A program made the translations under genes and the position numbers. A DNA stretch of 64,000 nucleotides, from contig JAJDAY010000030.1 in the NCBI GenBank assembly GCA_029261655.1, positions 186,916-250,915 of the forward strand, written 5' to 3'. Below, one piece after another: positions 47,624 to 57,264 of the stretch. Within the stretch, counting starts at the first letter, position 1. The number at the start of each line of letters is the position of its first letter. Source of the stretch: Nitrospinaceae bacterium (GTDB lineage: Bacteria > Nitrospinota > Nitrospinia > Nitrospinales > VA-1). The notes beneath the pieces are model-generated. The model saw nothing but the letters and a program-made list of their open reading frames with translations. It made no database searches and was not told the DNA's origin.

Positions 47624-48988
47624 TTATTTTGCTAAAGCAGGGGGATGTTTGGCGAGCTCCTGTTTGGCTTTTTCATTTTCAGGGTCCATCCGCAGAATAA
47701 TTTCCAATTGTTTTCCGGCTTCTTTATTTTCCCCCAGTCGGCGGGTGGTTTCGTATAGTTTCCAGTGCAGGGAAAGAAAGTCCACCCCCAGAGCGACAGA
47801 CTGGTTATAGGCCGCTTTAGCCTGTTTCAGTTGGTTCAGGGAAAAGTAGGAATTGCCAAGGTTGTAATAGGCAATGGCAAACTCAGGGTCCAGAGTGATG
47901 GCTTTTTTAAGGGGAGGGATTGCCTCCTGAGACCGGTTCTGTTTGTTAAGAGCGGTCCCCAGATTGGACAGGGCCTGGATAAAATTTGGATAAACCCGGA
48001 CCGCGTTTTGGAACAGGGTCACGGCTTTTTCTAATTTTCCCGAACGAAAATAATAACTGCCAAGGTTCGACAACGCTTCGGGGAAGCCCGGATGGATGGC
48101 GATAATTTTTTCATAGTCGGCAATCGTCTGCTCAATGGAGCCATTGTCCCGGTTGACGACGGCCATGTCGTAAAGAGCCAGCACAAAACCGGGATCTTCC
48201 TGCAATACATTCTGAAAATAAGCGGCGGCTTTGTCGAGGTCTCCCTCGCCGTAAAGAACGAAATTGCCCCGGTAATACATGGCTTCTTTTGAGTTCATGT
48301 CTTCCCGTAAAAGCTTTTCAAAGGTCATGCCCTGAGTCACATCGAAAAAAGGCTGGACCTCATGAATGGGCAAGGCGAGGTTGATCGCCCGTCCCTCAAT
48401 GGTGGCGACACCCACCACTTTATTATTTTGGTCTACCACCGGTCCGCCGCTAAAGCCGGGTCCAAAGGGTGTGGTGGTGTAAAGGTAGGAAAAACCCGGA
48501 TACGCCTGCGGGTGGACTCCCAGGACAAAACCATAGGTTTGCAGAATTTTACCTTTCACCCGGTTATCTTCTTCCCCGACGTTTTCCGATAAATACCCCA
48601 ATGCGCTGGTATAGTCATAGTTTTGGACATTGCGGGAATTGCCGATTTCCAGAGTGGAATAAAAACCCTCCTTGAGTTTCAATAACGCAAAGTCCTTGAC
48701 GCGGTCCACTTTTAAAATTTTCACAACGGAAACCGAACTTCCATTGGTGAAAATTGCGTCTACCGAAGCGGCATCCACCAGGACATGATAATTGGTGACA
48801 AGCGTTCCATCCGGTTTGACGATAAAACCGGTTCCGGTTGAAAGGGTGGTTCCCGTTTTACTTTTAGCGATCAGGAGTACAATGGCGCTTTTGTTGACTT
48901 CGTGAGAAAAAGCCTGGGAAGGCAAACAGGCGATGAGCAGGAAGCCTGTCAAAAATAATAATGATTTTCTTAAGATCACTGCGTTCAT
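47624..48988 (-). CDS. Trypsin-like (S1) serine protease fused to C-terminal TPR repeats, secreted
   Basis: GTGFIVKPDGTLVTNYHV (His), DFALLKL (Asp) and GFSGGPVV (Ser), followed by multiple TPR units. Confidence 0.8.
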   Translation of the reverse strand: MNAVILRKSLLFLTGFLLIACLPSQAFSHEVNKSAIVLLIAKSKTGTTLSTGTGFIVKPDGTLVTNYHVLVDAASVDAIFTNGSSVSVVKILKVDRVKDFALLKLKEGFYSTLEIGNSRNVQNYDYTSALGYLSENVGEEDNRVKGKILQTYGFVLGVHPQAYPGFSYLYTTTPFGPGFSGGPVVDQNNKVVGVATIEGRAINLALPIHEVQPFFDVTQGMTFEKLLREDMNSKEAMYYRGNFVLYGEGDLDKAAAYFQNVLQEDPGFVLALYDMAVVNRDNGSIEQTIADYEKIIAIHPGFPEALSNLGSYYFRSGKLEKAVTLFQNAVRVYPNFIQALSNLGTALNKQNRSQEAIPPLKKAITLDPEFAIAYYNLGNSYFSLNQLKQAKAAYNQSVALGVDFLSLHWKLYETTRRLGENKEAGKQLEIILRMDPENEKAKQELAKHPPALAK

Positions 48989-49218
48989 AAACGGGCATTT
49001 TTTGGAATCGGTGTATTTTCAATACCGGTTCCAAAAAGGAGATAAAATTTTGAAGTAAAAACAATTATGGGTTGGAAATATTTTATAAGTTAAACAGCAT
49101 GATTACAACCCATATCGATTCCAGACGGATTTAATTTGCGCCAGAAAGCAGGGGCTTACCCTAGAGGACGGTGTGGTAGGAAAGATTTTACGGAATAGGG
49201 AAGTATGGCGCCGAGTGT

Positions 49219-49250
49219 AAAAAAAATGCTGTCCCAAACGGGACAGCATT
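49219..49250 (-). terminator. Rho-independent terminator after the DUF4399 gene
   Basis: The minus strand reads ATGCTGTCCC-gttt-GGGACAGCAT followed by T8. The 10-bp stem is perfect, 24 nt after the stop. Confidence 0.8.
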
Positions 49251-49273
49251 CAATTTGTCATTCATCCTGCGAG

Positions 49274-49687
49274 TTATTTTACAGTGACGTGGACTGCATC
49301 CGTCAACGCAGGGTCATAGGGAACATGATTGCCTTTGGCGAACAGGGTGCGAATGGTGTGCTTGCCTGCATCGAGCTTGACCTCTTTACAGGTGGAACCA
49401 TCGCCCATGTGGATGTGTTGCGCGTCTTTCCCGATGGGTTTTGTGAGGTCACCTGGAACGTCAACATTCACCAGAATGTGATGATGGCCTTTGCCGTCAT
49501 GGATGCCCTTTTTTGCGGGTTCCACTTCAACGCCATGGGTTTCCATGCAAACTTTTACGGGGCTTGAAACGGTCGCGCCGTCCTGGGGTTCGGTAATTTT
49601 CACGGAGTTGCCAGCAGAAGCCGATGTGATGCCAAACACGAAAAGAACTGCCGCGAGCGTGAAAATTTTAACTGAAAATTTATGCAT
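49274..49687 (-). CDS. DUF4399 domain protein, secreted
   Basis: Signal peptide, then ITEPQDGATVSSPVKV...GKGHHHILVN, which is characteristic of the family. Confidence 0.7.
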   Translation of the reverse strand: MHKFSVKIFTLAAVLFVFGITSASAGNSVKITEPQDGATVSSPVKVCMETHGVEVEPAKKGIHDGKGHHHILVNVDVPGDLTKPIGKDAQHIHMGDGSTCKEVKLDAGKHTIRTLFAKGNHVPYDPALTDAVHVTVK

Positions 49688-50226
49688 AATGCCAAGACTC
49701 CTTAGAATTAAAAAAAGGTAATAAGACCTCCCAAAGAAACTGCCTGAACAGCTTCAAACCAAATCTAGATAGACGGTTTATAAATATACTATAAAATTAA
49801 ATCATGAAATGAAAGTGAATTTAAAAAAATAATAGAGGCTGGCTTTAGGTTTGAAAAAGCGGGACTGGATTGAGAGAGGATGGAAATAATATCGTTCGGA
49901 GGGCGGTGTTGGGAGAGCGGGAGTTTGATTTTCCGGAAACTATTATCGTTTTTCGGATATCCCCGGTTTTTCCGCGAGCAGGGCGGGAGCGGATGACCTT
50001 TCGTCTTTCGAGAAAGGATTTTCACTTCGACATGCTTTAAAGAGAGCAGGGGAATGAGGATGCAGAGATAGTCCGTGATTAAATTTTCGCCTATTTCCCT
50101 TGACATCAAAATGATTGTTAAATAACCTCGTTAATAAATCTATCAATTTTTTATTAGCTTATAAATAATCTAAAGGTGGGCCACTGAAGTGGTCTGTTTC
50201 AGATCACTTTTGAACCTTAGGAGGAC

Positions 50227-51135
50227 ATGATGGTTGTAACAGGAGAATGCAGGCTCCTTCACACATGTGAGATGTGTGAATTCAATAATGAGACCGATTG
50301 TAAGGCCGACAAAAACGAACACAACCGTTGGCTTGTCAATAAAAGGATGAATGACATTAAATTCAAACTGATCGTCGGCAGTAACAAAGGCGGGGTCGGT
50401 AAAAGCACGGTGACAACAAACCTGGCCGTCGCGCTTGCCGAAAAAGGCTTCAAGGTCGGTCTTGCCGATGCGGATTTGCACGGTCCCAATATTCCCAAGT
50501 TGCTGAATGCCGAGCACGTCCGGTTAAAGTCAACCGATGAAGGGATCGACCCTTACGAAACAAAGAATGGCTTGAAAGTCGCTTCTCTAGGGTTTTTGAT
50601 CGAAGACCCCAATATGCACATTGCCTGGCGCGACGCGGTCAAATACGATTTTATCATTGAGCTTCTGGGGAACATCAATTGGGGGGAGTTGGATTATCTG
50701 CTGTTTGATCTTCCTCCCGGTACCGGAAACGAGCAGATCACCATCATCGACTTTATTGGCGAAGTGGACGGAGCCGTGATCGTGACCACTCCACAGGCGT
50801 TGGCGGTGCTCGATGCCAGGAAGATGATTTCATTTGCCAGGGACAGTAATGTTCCGATTGTTGGCGTCATCGAAAACATGAGCACTCTGACCTGTCCTCA
50901 CTGTGCCAAGGACATTGACGTCTTTAAAACCGGCGGAGGCCAAAAATTGGCAGAGGAGCTGGTACTCCCGTATTTGGGGAAAATCCCGCTGGATATTGAT
51001 ATTACGGCAAGTTCTGACAGTGGTGAACCGGTTGTATTATCGAAGCCCGACAGCGTCGCCGCAAAAGCTTTCCTGGATCTTGCGGACAACTGTCACAAAT
51101 TTCTTAATCCGGAAGCCTCTGTGAAAGCGGGATGA
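50227..51135 (+). CDS. Mrp/NBP35 (ApbC-like) Fe-S cluster carrier ATPase with an N-terminal four-Cys segment
   Basis: Deviant Walker A GSNKGGVGKSTV, the C-terminal CxxC (LTCPHC), AGGAGGA SD, and N-terminal ECRLLHTCEMCEFNNETDC. Confidence 0.9.
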   Translation: MMVVTGECRLLHTCEMCEFNNETDCKADKNEHNRWLVNKRMNDIKFKLIVGSNKGGVGKSTVTTNLAVALAEKGFKVGLADADLHGPNIPKLLNAEHVRLKSTDEGIDPYETKNGLKVASLGFLIEDPNMHIAWRDAVKYDFIIELLGNINWGELDYLLFDLPPGTGNEQITIIDFIGEVDGAVIVTTPQALAVLDARKMISFARDSNVPIVGVIENMSTLTCPHCAKDIDVFKTGGGQKLAEELVLPYLGKIPLDIDITASSDSGEPVVLSKPDSVAAKAFLDLADNCHKFLNPEASVKAG

Positions 51136-51361
51136 TGGATTGAAACCCGCTTGAATTCACGGGAAGAAAAGTAATTGCTAAGGGGATGCTGATTGAGGGA
51201 TAATAATTGTATGAATCAGGAAGGAGGACCATTCGTTTAGACGAGAGAAATGAAACCTTAGCTGGCTGTGAGCCTGTCGTTACCAGCTTGAAAAAATTAA
51301 TTCAAACCGAAATTTGATTGTGAACTATACAGCCCCAACCCGTTCTATAAGCGCCCGCAGG

Positions 51362-52420
51362 ATGGTTTCTCTTTTCCTGCTGATAACCCTGTTTAGCACG
51401 TTCCCTTCCCATTCGTTTGCCGATCCGGCGCCCGTTCAGCTTTACACCAACAACCCTGTTGTGGCCACTGTTGACGGCGAATTCCTCATGATGAACGACC
51501 TTAAAAATGCCAGGATACATGACGCCATGTATCAACTTCATGAAATGCAGTCCAGGGCGTTGAAAGAAAAAATTCTGGAACAGGTTGCTAAAAAACGCCC
51601 CGATTTTTTTAAGGATGAAGTGCCGGAGGTGACTGAAAAAGATATTACGCAGTTTTATGAAAAAACTCCCGGAGTCAAGGAACTTGGAAGCCCTGAAAAA
51701 ATGAGGGACGAAATCCGCGAATATCTGCAAAGGGTTTACAAGGATGCTTATATTGAAAAGAAATATCAATTTGCGCTCAAAAAAAAGTGGGTCAAAATAC
51801 ATCTGAAACCGCCCAATGATTTCAAGGTGGTCGCGGAACTGGACAGTGCCATGTTGTGGGCCGAGGAAGATCCTAAAAATTCCAGAAAGGTATTTCTGCT
51901 TGAATACTCCGATTTTCAATGTCCATTTTGCAAACGGGTTCAGGAGACCTTGAAAAAACTTCGCCAGACATATTCCGAGAAAGTCCAGTTTGGTTACCGT
52001 CATTTTCCATTGCCGTTTCATAAAGAAGCCACCATCCTGGCTGAGGCGGTGGAGTGCGCGCGAGATCAGGATCGATTCTGGGAGATGCAATCCGTCTTGT
52101 ACGGTATAGATGGCGAATCTTTCGTATTGACCGAAACCGAACTGATAAAGCTTGCCAAACAGGCGGGCGTGAAAAATTTGAAGGATTTTCAAGCTTGCGC
52201 AAAAAAGAGAAAATACGAAAGCCGCGTCACGGAGGATATACGCGAAGGAGCCCGACTGGGCATTCAAGGCACGCCGACGTTTATTTTGGGGCTTTACGAC
52301 CTGGAAAATGGGACCGTTTCAGGAGAGATGTTTTCTGGTGCGGTTTCTAATGAGAAGTTTGTTGAAGTCATCGAAAAATATCTTTCCTTATCCCGTGCCG
52401 AAGCCAAACTGGTTCGGTAA
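51362..52420 (+). CDS. Periplasmic thiol:disulfide oxidoreductase, DsbA-family thioredoxin domain with a SurA-N-like chaperone-type N-terminal region
   Basis: Active site SDFQCPFCKR, GTPTFILG near the C-terminus, and a signal peptide from ATG 51362. The track start 51314 is a TTG. Confidence 0.8.
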   Translation: MVSLFLLITLFSTFPSHSFADPAPVQLYTNNPVVATVDGEFLMMNDLKNARIHDAMYQLHEMQSRALKEKILEQVAKKRPDFFKDEVPEVTEKDITQFYEKTPGVKELGSPEKMRDEIREYLQRVYKDAYIEKKYQFALKKKWVKIHLKPPNDFKVVAELDSAMLWAEEDPKNSRKVFLLEYSDFQCPFCKRVQETLKKLRQTYSEKVQFGYRHFPLPFHKEATILAEAVECARDQDRFWEMQSVLYGIDGESFVLTETELIKLAKQAGVKNLKDFQACAKKRKYESRVTEDIREGARLGIQGTPTFILGLYDLENGTVSGEMFSGAVSNEKFVEVIEKYLSLSRAEAKLVR

Positions 52421-52483
52421 CGCTCTGTTTCGTTCTAGCAGTCTTCATTCTCAATTAAGCCGTGTAGAAGGGAGCGATTCCGC

Positions 52484-53056
52484 ATGTTCTTGACCGGTCC
52501 ATCCCAGCGGTTCCGTTTATTTGTCCTGACGTGGGGCCGTGTTTTACTCTTTGCCGGCCTGGTTTTTTTACCCTCTCTGACGTTTGCTTTTCAGCCCTTT
52601 AAAGATTTTTTCCATTCTGAAAATGAAGTCAGCCCGGTGAATGTGACGGCTATCACCGACCCCGTTTCTGTAATACCGGGAAAAGCCTTCGACTTGTATT
52701 TATTGGTGAACCTTTCTAAAGGGTGGCATATTTATTCCCTTAAAGAGCAAAGCGAGGGGGAATCGTTGGCCACTGAAATCCATTTTGATGAAAATATTTT
52801 TGAGACAGCAGGAAAGTGGATGGAACCCAAGCCCATCCTCTCTCATGATGGGGCTTTGGATAAAGTGGTGGCCGTCCATACAGAATCCGTCCGGTTTCGT
52901 CGAAACCTGACCGTCCCCGGCGATTTAAGCCCCGGAGAGTACACTATTTCAGGTAGAATTGAGTTCAGGGCCTGCGATAATAAAGTATGCACCCTGCCCA
53001 GGGAAGTTGGTTTTAAAACCCGGTTTCGGGTTTCTGGAGCCAGTGACGGTTTGTAA
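52484..53056 (+). CDS. Stand-alone DsbD N-terminal (alpha-domain)-like protein
   Basis: Signal peptide, GWHIYS motif, and the C-terminal Cys pair FRACDNKVCTLP. Confidence 0.6.
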   Translation: MFLTGPSQRFRLFVLTWGRVLLFAGLVFLPSLTFAFQPFKDFFHSENEVSPVNVTAITDPVSVIPGKAFDLYLLVNLSKGWHIYSLKEQSEGESLATEIHFDENIFETAGKWMEPKPILSHDGALDKVVAVHTESVRFRRNLTVPGDLSPGEYTISGRIEFRACDNKVCTLPREVGFKTRFRVSGASDGL

Positions 53057-53306
53057 TTCTCCCAAAAAAAAAGTTTTCCATGCAAGTGATCACCACACAT
53101 TGGGCAGTGGTGAAAGAGCCGTTTGGGGGATAAATACAAATAAATTTTTTTTAAACAACAGGTTGGTTTTATTTGAGAGGGTGGATCAAGATTCAGTTAT
53201 TGAATTTTCAAGGCGTAAATAAATATTCAGAGATAGAAAACCAGAGTTTCCTTTGGACGAAATTTATTTTTTGGGTAGTAAAACGAATAACTCAGAATGG
53301 TGCCGT

Positions 53307-54371
53307 TCAGGGCTGGATGCCAGGAATGCGATTGATGATATCTAATTCGGTGTTGGTGCGCCCAGCATAGCAACTGAACCCCAGGGCAAGGCAATTAGAT
53401 AAATAGGTCTTAATCCTTTTTAAATTGGATTTGCTGTTGTGGTTTCCAGTGTCCACATAGTCTACTGAAAATACCTGTTTCCCTTTTTCCCGGAATTGTT
53501 TTAGGAAATGAAGCCTTGTTCCCACTGTGCGCGGGGGTAGTTTTTCTTTGCCAGAATACCAGGTATCTTCCACCCCAATTCCCGAAACGCTCTGCAGGTA
53601 GGAACCGTCATCATCAAAAAGTAAAATACGTTCCCCGTTTTGCGGAATGATCAAAAATTTCTGTCCTAAGGGGCTGTGTTTTCGACAATATTCAGCTATC
53701 CAATGGACTAAATCGATCATCCGTTGAGCCGCGTCCTCCTCGTCATCGAGGGGGTCGTTCGCCGTTTGAACTTCTATTTCCCCGTAGTAAATTTCAGAGT
53801 CGGACCAATACTCAAAACCGTCAATGATGTCGAGATAAACGCCATTGAACCCCTGGTCGATAATTTTATCCAAATAAGGTTTGATAATATTATCGCGCCA
53901 ATCTGTGTCCCAATACCGCACCTTATAATTTCCTTCCCAATCGGGGTTTGTATGGCCCAGCCATTTTGGAGCTTCCGAGGTCAAGTTGTTGGGGTTGTCT
54001 TTCTCCACCCAGGTTTTATTCCAATAATACCGATAGCTTTCGGCCTCGCCAATGGAAATGTAGGCAATGGGGGTCACATTATTTTCAATTAGGCGTTGTA
54101 ATGTAATTTTAGGAAATCTGTTTTCGTCAGAACCGTCGCTGGAATAATCAATGACCGCCAAGGAAAATCCGGAATTCGCAAGGTCCTTGATTTTTGGATT
54201 CTGAAGCTGGTAGACCCAACTGGAGTCCCTTGGGTTCCGCTTTGCAAGTTGATCGTTATCTTTATTCGCGCAAGTCAGGATGAACAAAAAAGGAATCAAA
54301 AGCAAAACTTTGCTGTATTTTCCGGTCATAAGTTGTCTCATAGTGACAATCAATGGGAAACGGGTTCTCAC
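53307..54371 (-). CDS. TM1410/GH114-like TIM-barrel glycoside hydrolase (PelA hydrolase-domain-like), probable lipoprotein or secreted
   Basis: AVIDYS, YISIGEAESYRYYW, YKVRYWD..W and GFNGVYLDIIDGFEYW are typical of the family. The track start 54371 is a GTG overlapping the pelG stop, and ATG 54341 gives MRQLMTGKYSKVLLLIPFLFILTC, a lipobox-like signal. Confidence 0.7.
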   Translation of the reverse strand: MRTRFPLIVTMRQLMTGKYSKVLLLIPFLFILTCANKDNDQLAKRNPRDSSWVYQLQNPKIKDLANSGFSLAVIDYSSDGSDENRFPKITLQRLIENNVTPIAYISIGEAESYRYYWNKTWVEKDNPNNLTSEAPKWLGHTNPDWEGNYKVRYWDTDWRDNIIKPYLDKIIDQGFNGVYLDIIDGFEYWSDSEIYYGEIEVQTANDPLDDEEDAAQRMIDLVHWIAEYCRKHSPLGQKFLIIPQNGERILLFDDDGSYLQSVSGIGVEDTWYSGKEKLPPRTVGTRLHFLKQFREKGKQVFSVDYVDTGNHNSKSNLKRIKTYLSNCLALGFSCYAGRTNTELDIINRIPGIQP

Positions 54372-55747
54372 GATACCGATGCGTTATTGCTGATGAATGT
54401 CCGATAGGACAGGGTTCGCAGATAATAATAAGTCACCCCATAGGATACGGCAAAGGTCACTATTGAAGAAAGGAAGTACCCGTATCCATAAAAAGGAAAA
54501 CCCAACTCCAGAGTCCAGTAGGTGAAAATGACGTTTGTGGTCAACAGGAGGAAATTGAGCCACATGGCGACTTTGCGGAAATCAAAATAATACAGAACGA
54601 TAAATATAAACATGGACATGATATGGAAAATTGCTCCCAGGACTCCCAACCTGAAAATTCCCATCATGAGAAAATTTATTTTCAACCAGAGAAATATTGT
54701 GGGTGCCAGAAAAATGGCCGCCATCGAGATCACGCCTTGAAACAGAAAAAGTCCGCGAAAACTGTTAAATAGATTTTGGACGATGCCTTCCTGATTCTCA
54801 CGAATTTGTTCGTAGGTGGCATGCCCCCGAATCTCCTGATAAAAATGGACATATTTTTCAAAAAAGTTTGTTTCAATATTGACAAAAAATATAGCCATCG
54901 AAGGGATGATGGTCAAATAAGCCAGGAACATGGCCGAGTCATAATTTGGGTAGGAGACAAATCCATTTGCCAGGGATTGCCGGTAGGGAGATAACCACAT
55001 GATCCATTTATCCGCCCAAATGGCCAGATTGTAAAACAACCCGCACAGGGCCAGTTCCCAATATTTTTTGAAATATCCCATGAATCCGAAATGACCTGTG
55101 CTCTGGTAGGGATATTCCGCCAGAACCCTGGCGATCAAAGAAAACAATATGGACCCCAGGCCAATGTTGAACCCCCAAAACAGCCCGGCCTGGGAATAAG
55201 CTTCGCCCAGAAAATATGCGGATACAATGCCCGTGATCATGCCGACGCCAAAGGTCATGCTAATAGAGTTGTAATCTTTAAGAGCGGTCATGAAAACGGT
55301 TGCCATCCAGATACCGCTGATCAGAAAATAATTGGCAAAAGCGGCGAGCTTGATTTCCAAAGGCAGGTCGATGTAATAAAAATAAAATCCCACCACCAGC
55401 GGAAGTTGGAGGAAGAAGGAAAGCCCCAGAGCGCCGATGAGAACTCCGGGGACTTCATGAACATCCTTCACATAGATTTTGTCCGCTATAAAGCGGGTGA
55501 CTATAATCGTTAAAGGTCCCGAAAATACCAGGGAACTGGAAAAGTTGTAAATGATGCACAGGCGAAAATCGTTTATTTCTGTCAAAGTGGAAAAATTTTG
55601 ACCGAAAAGGGTGATGCTTCCCAGAGCAAGGATGGTGAATAGCCAGGGTCCGGCGGTGATGATGATAGAGAACAGATAACCGGAGAAAAGCCCGGTCAGA
55701 TTATCTTTCTTGACCAGTTTGCGAACGACAAAACCAATTCCCGCCAT
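54368..55747 (-). CDS. pelG: Exopolysaccharide Pel transporter PelG (polytopic, MATE/PST-like)
   Basis: N-terminus MAGIGFVVRKLVKKDNLTG resembles the PelG start MAGIGFELR..., ~12 TM helices, positioned after pelF. Confidence 0.8.
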   Translation of the reverse strand: MAGIGFVVRKLVKKDNLTGLFSGYLFSIIITAGPWLFTILALGSITLFGQNFSTLTEINDFRLCIIYNFSSSLVFSGPLTIIVTRFIADKIYVKDVHEVPGVLIGALGLSFFLQLPLVVGFYFYYIDLPLEIKLAAFANYFLISGIWMATVFMTALKDYNSISMTFGVGMITGIVSAYFLGEAYSQAGLFWGFNIGLGSILFSLIARVLAEYPYQSTGHFGFMGYFKKYWELALCGLFYNLAIWADKWIMWLSPYRQSLANGFVSYPNYDSAMFLAYLTIIPSMAIFFVNIETNFFEKYVHFYQEIRGHATYEQIRENQEGIVQNLFNSFRGLFLFQGVISMAAIFLAPTIFLWLKINFLMMGIFRLGVLGAIFHIMSMFIFIVLYYFDFRKVAMWLNFLLLTTNVIFTYWTLELGFPFYGYGYFLSSIVTFAVSYGVTYYYLRTLSYRTFISNNASVS

Positions 55748-55752
55748 AACAG

Positions 55753-57264
55753 TTAACCCTCCTGGAGTTGGGGAACAGGTTGATCTGATAAATAGCTGTC
55801 GTACAGGCCACGGTAACGGTCAATGAGATCACATTCGTTGTAATACAGACGAACCCGTTCCTTCATTGCCTGCCCGCATTCTTCGTGCCAGCCTTTGTCT
55901 ATTAGAAGATCACCCACTTCCTTTGCCGTTAGGGCAGGGTTTGAAAGAGGTGTGACGGCTCCTCCCGGTTTCAAGCGGGGAAATTCAAATTTACTCCCCA
56001 AAATCAATTCCGCACAAGCTCCTACATTTGTAGCGACGGACGGTATTCCGGCGGCGCCCATCTCCAAAATGACAAGGGGTTGGCCTTCGCTGATGCTGGT
56101 GAGGACGTTGACTTCAATTTTGTCCATATAGTCGGTCAATTTTACGCGTCCGGTGAAAGTGATGGTTTCCTGCAATCCCAGATAGGTTATCATTTCCAGA
56201 CATTCTTCATAATAAGGCTTGTCTTCATCGGTGGGGCCGATGAGGTAGGCCAGAAGATCGGGAATTCTTCTTTTTAAAATGTCGCAGACCAGGATAAATG
56301 ATTTTATATCTTTAATGGGAACCACACGGCCAATCAGCGCGATGGTCGGACGGGAATTCTTTTTAGGGATGATTTTTGAGTAGGTCGGAAAATCCACGCC
56401 ATTTGGAATCACTTCTAATTTTTCAGGATCGGCCCCATCGGAAATTTGCATGTCCTGGTTTTCTGGGAAAAGTGTGATGATTTTGTCGCAGGCCATGTAG
56501 CAAATCCTGGAGTAAGTTATGAATGTGTCAATCCATAAATCTTTCAGGTCTTTTTTAATATTGCTGAGGTTGAGCCAACCCAGAGATTTTTGATGGAACC
56601 AGTCCGACATCGATATTTCTATGCGTCGCTCATTGGTGTAAATCCCATGTTCGGTAAGAAGCACAGGACGATCGGTTTCGATCTTTGCTCTGGACGCCAA
56701 CAGACCCGCATAACCGGTGGAAACAGCATGATACATGCGGGCCTGTGGAATTTTCGCAAACAGGATAGAATAGAATCCGCTCATCAAACTTCGCCAGCTC
56801 CAAAAATAGTCCAGGAAAGAACTTGCTGAATATTGTGCGTTATTCATTTGAGTCACCATTTCCCAAGCTTCCTTGGAATTGAGTAGTAGATGGTTGCCCA
56901 AATTGTTTTTGTGGGGTTCGAGTAATTGCAGAATTTTTTCAAAGTCCGTTAAATTGCCATTGGAATGAATTTTCTCAAGCGAGCTTTCAAGGTCCCGGAA
57001 AAATTGTTTTGCGCGGGGAATGCGGGAGTGGCCCTCCGGTAATTCCTGCAGGGTCACATGAGTGATGCCGGTAATATTTTCAGGCAGTGTGTATCGGAGC
57101 TCAAGTTTTGCATTGGGTGGAACGATGGTCAACAGATGAAAACTCAACTCAGGCATTCCCATGATCAAATCGTGGGTCCAATTGGAAACTCCTCCAGGGA
57201 CGTAAGGATAAGTCCCTTCAAGGATCATACAAATATCCGCTTGATGATTTTCAGAAGCGTTCAT
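55753..57264 (-). CDS. pelF: GT4-family glycosyltransferase PelF
   Basis: The N-terminal signature ICMILEGTYPYVPGGVSNWTHDLI matches the PelF hallmark LLEGTYPYV.GGVS.W. It has a GT4 C-terminal Rossmann half and is ~503 aa. Confidence 0.85.
   Translation of the reverse strand: MNASENHQADICMILEGTYPYVPGGVSNWTHDLIMGMPELSFHLLTIVPPNAKLELRYTLPENITGITHVTLQELPEGHSRIPRAKQFFRDLESSLEKIHSNGNLTDFEKILQLLEPHKNNLGNHLLLNSKEAWEMVTQMNNAQYSASSFLDYFWSWRSLMSGFYSILFAKIPQARMYHAVSTGYAGLLASRAKIETDRPVLLTEHGIYTNERRIEISMSDWFHQKSLGWLNLSNIKKDLKDLWIDTFITYSRICYMACDKIITLFPENQDMQISDGADPEKLEVIPNGVDFPTYSKIIPKKNSRPTIALIGRVVPIKDIKSFILVCDILKRRIPDLLAYLIGPTDEDKPYYEECLEMITYLGLQETITFTGRVKLTDYMDKIEVNVLTSISEGQPLVILEMGAAGIPSVATNVGACAELILGSKFEFPRLKPGGAVTPLSNPALTAKEVGDLLIDKGWHEECGQAMKERVRLYYNECDLIDRYRGLYDSYLSDQPVPQLQEG

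Noticed and set aside
49789-50146. Two minus-strand ORFs (106 aa and 67 aa) in the 539-bp gap upstream of the Mrp gene
   Set aside because: They overlap each other in different frames, lack an SD and have low-complexity composition. I treat the gap as a divergent promoter region.
51302-52267. 321-aa ORF on the minus strand, fully antisense to the DsbA-like gene
   Set aside because: Its F/L/I/K-rich low-complexity composition is the mirror of a K/E-rich sense gene. It has no motifs, whereas the sense frame has a CPFC thioredoxin site and a signal peptide.
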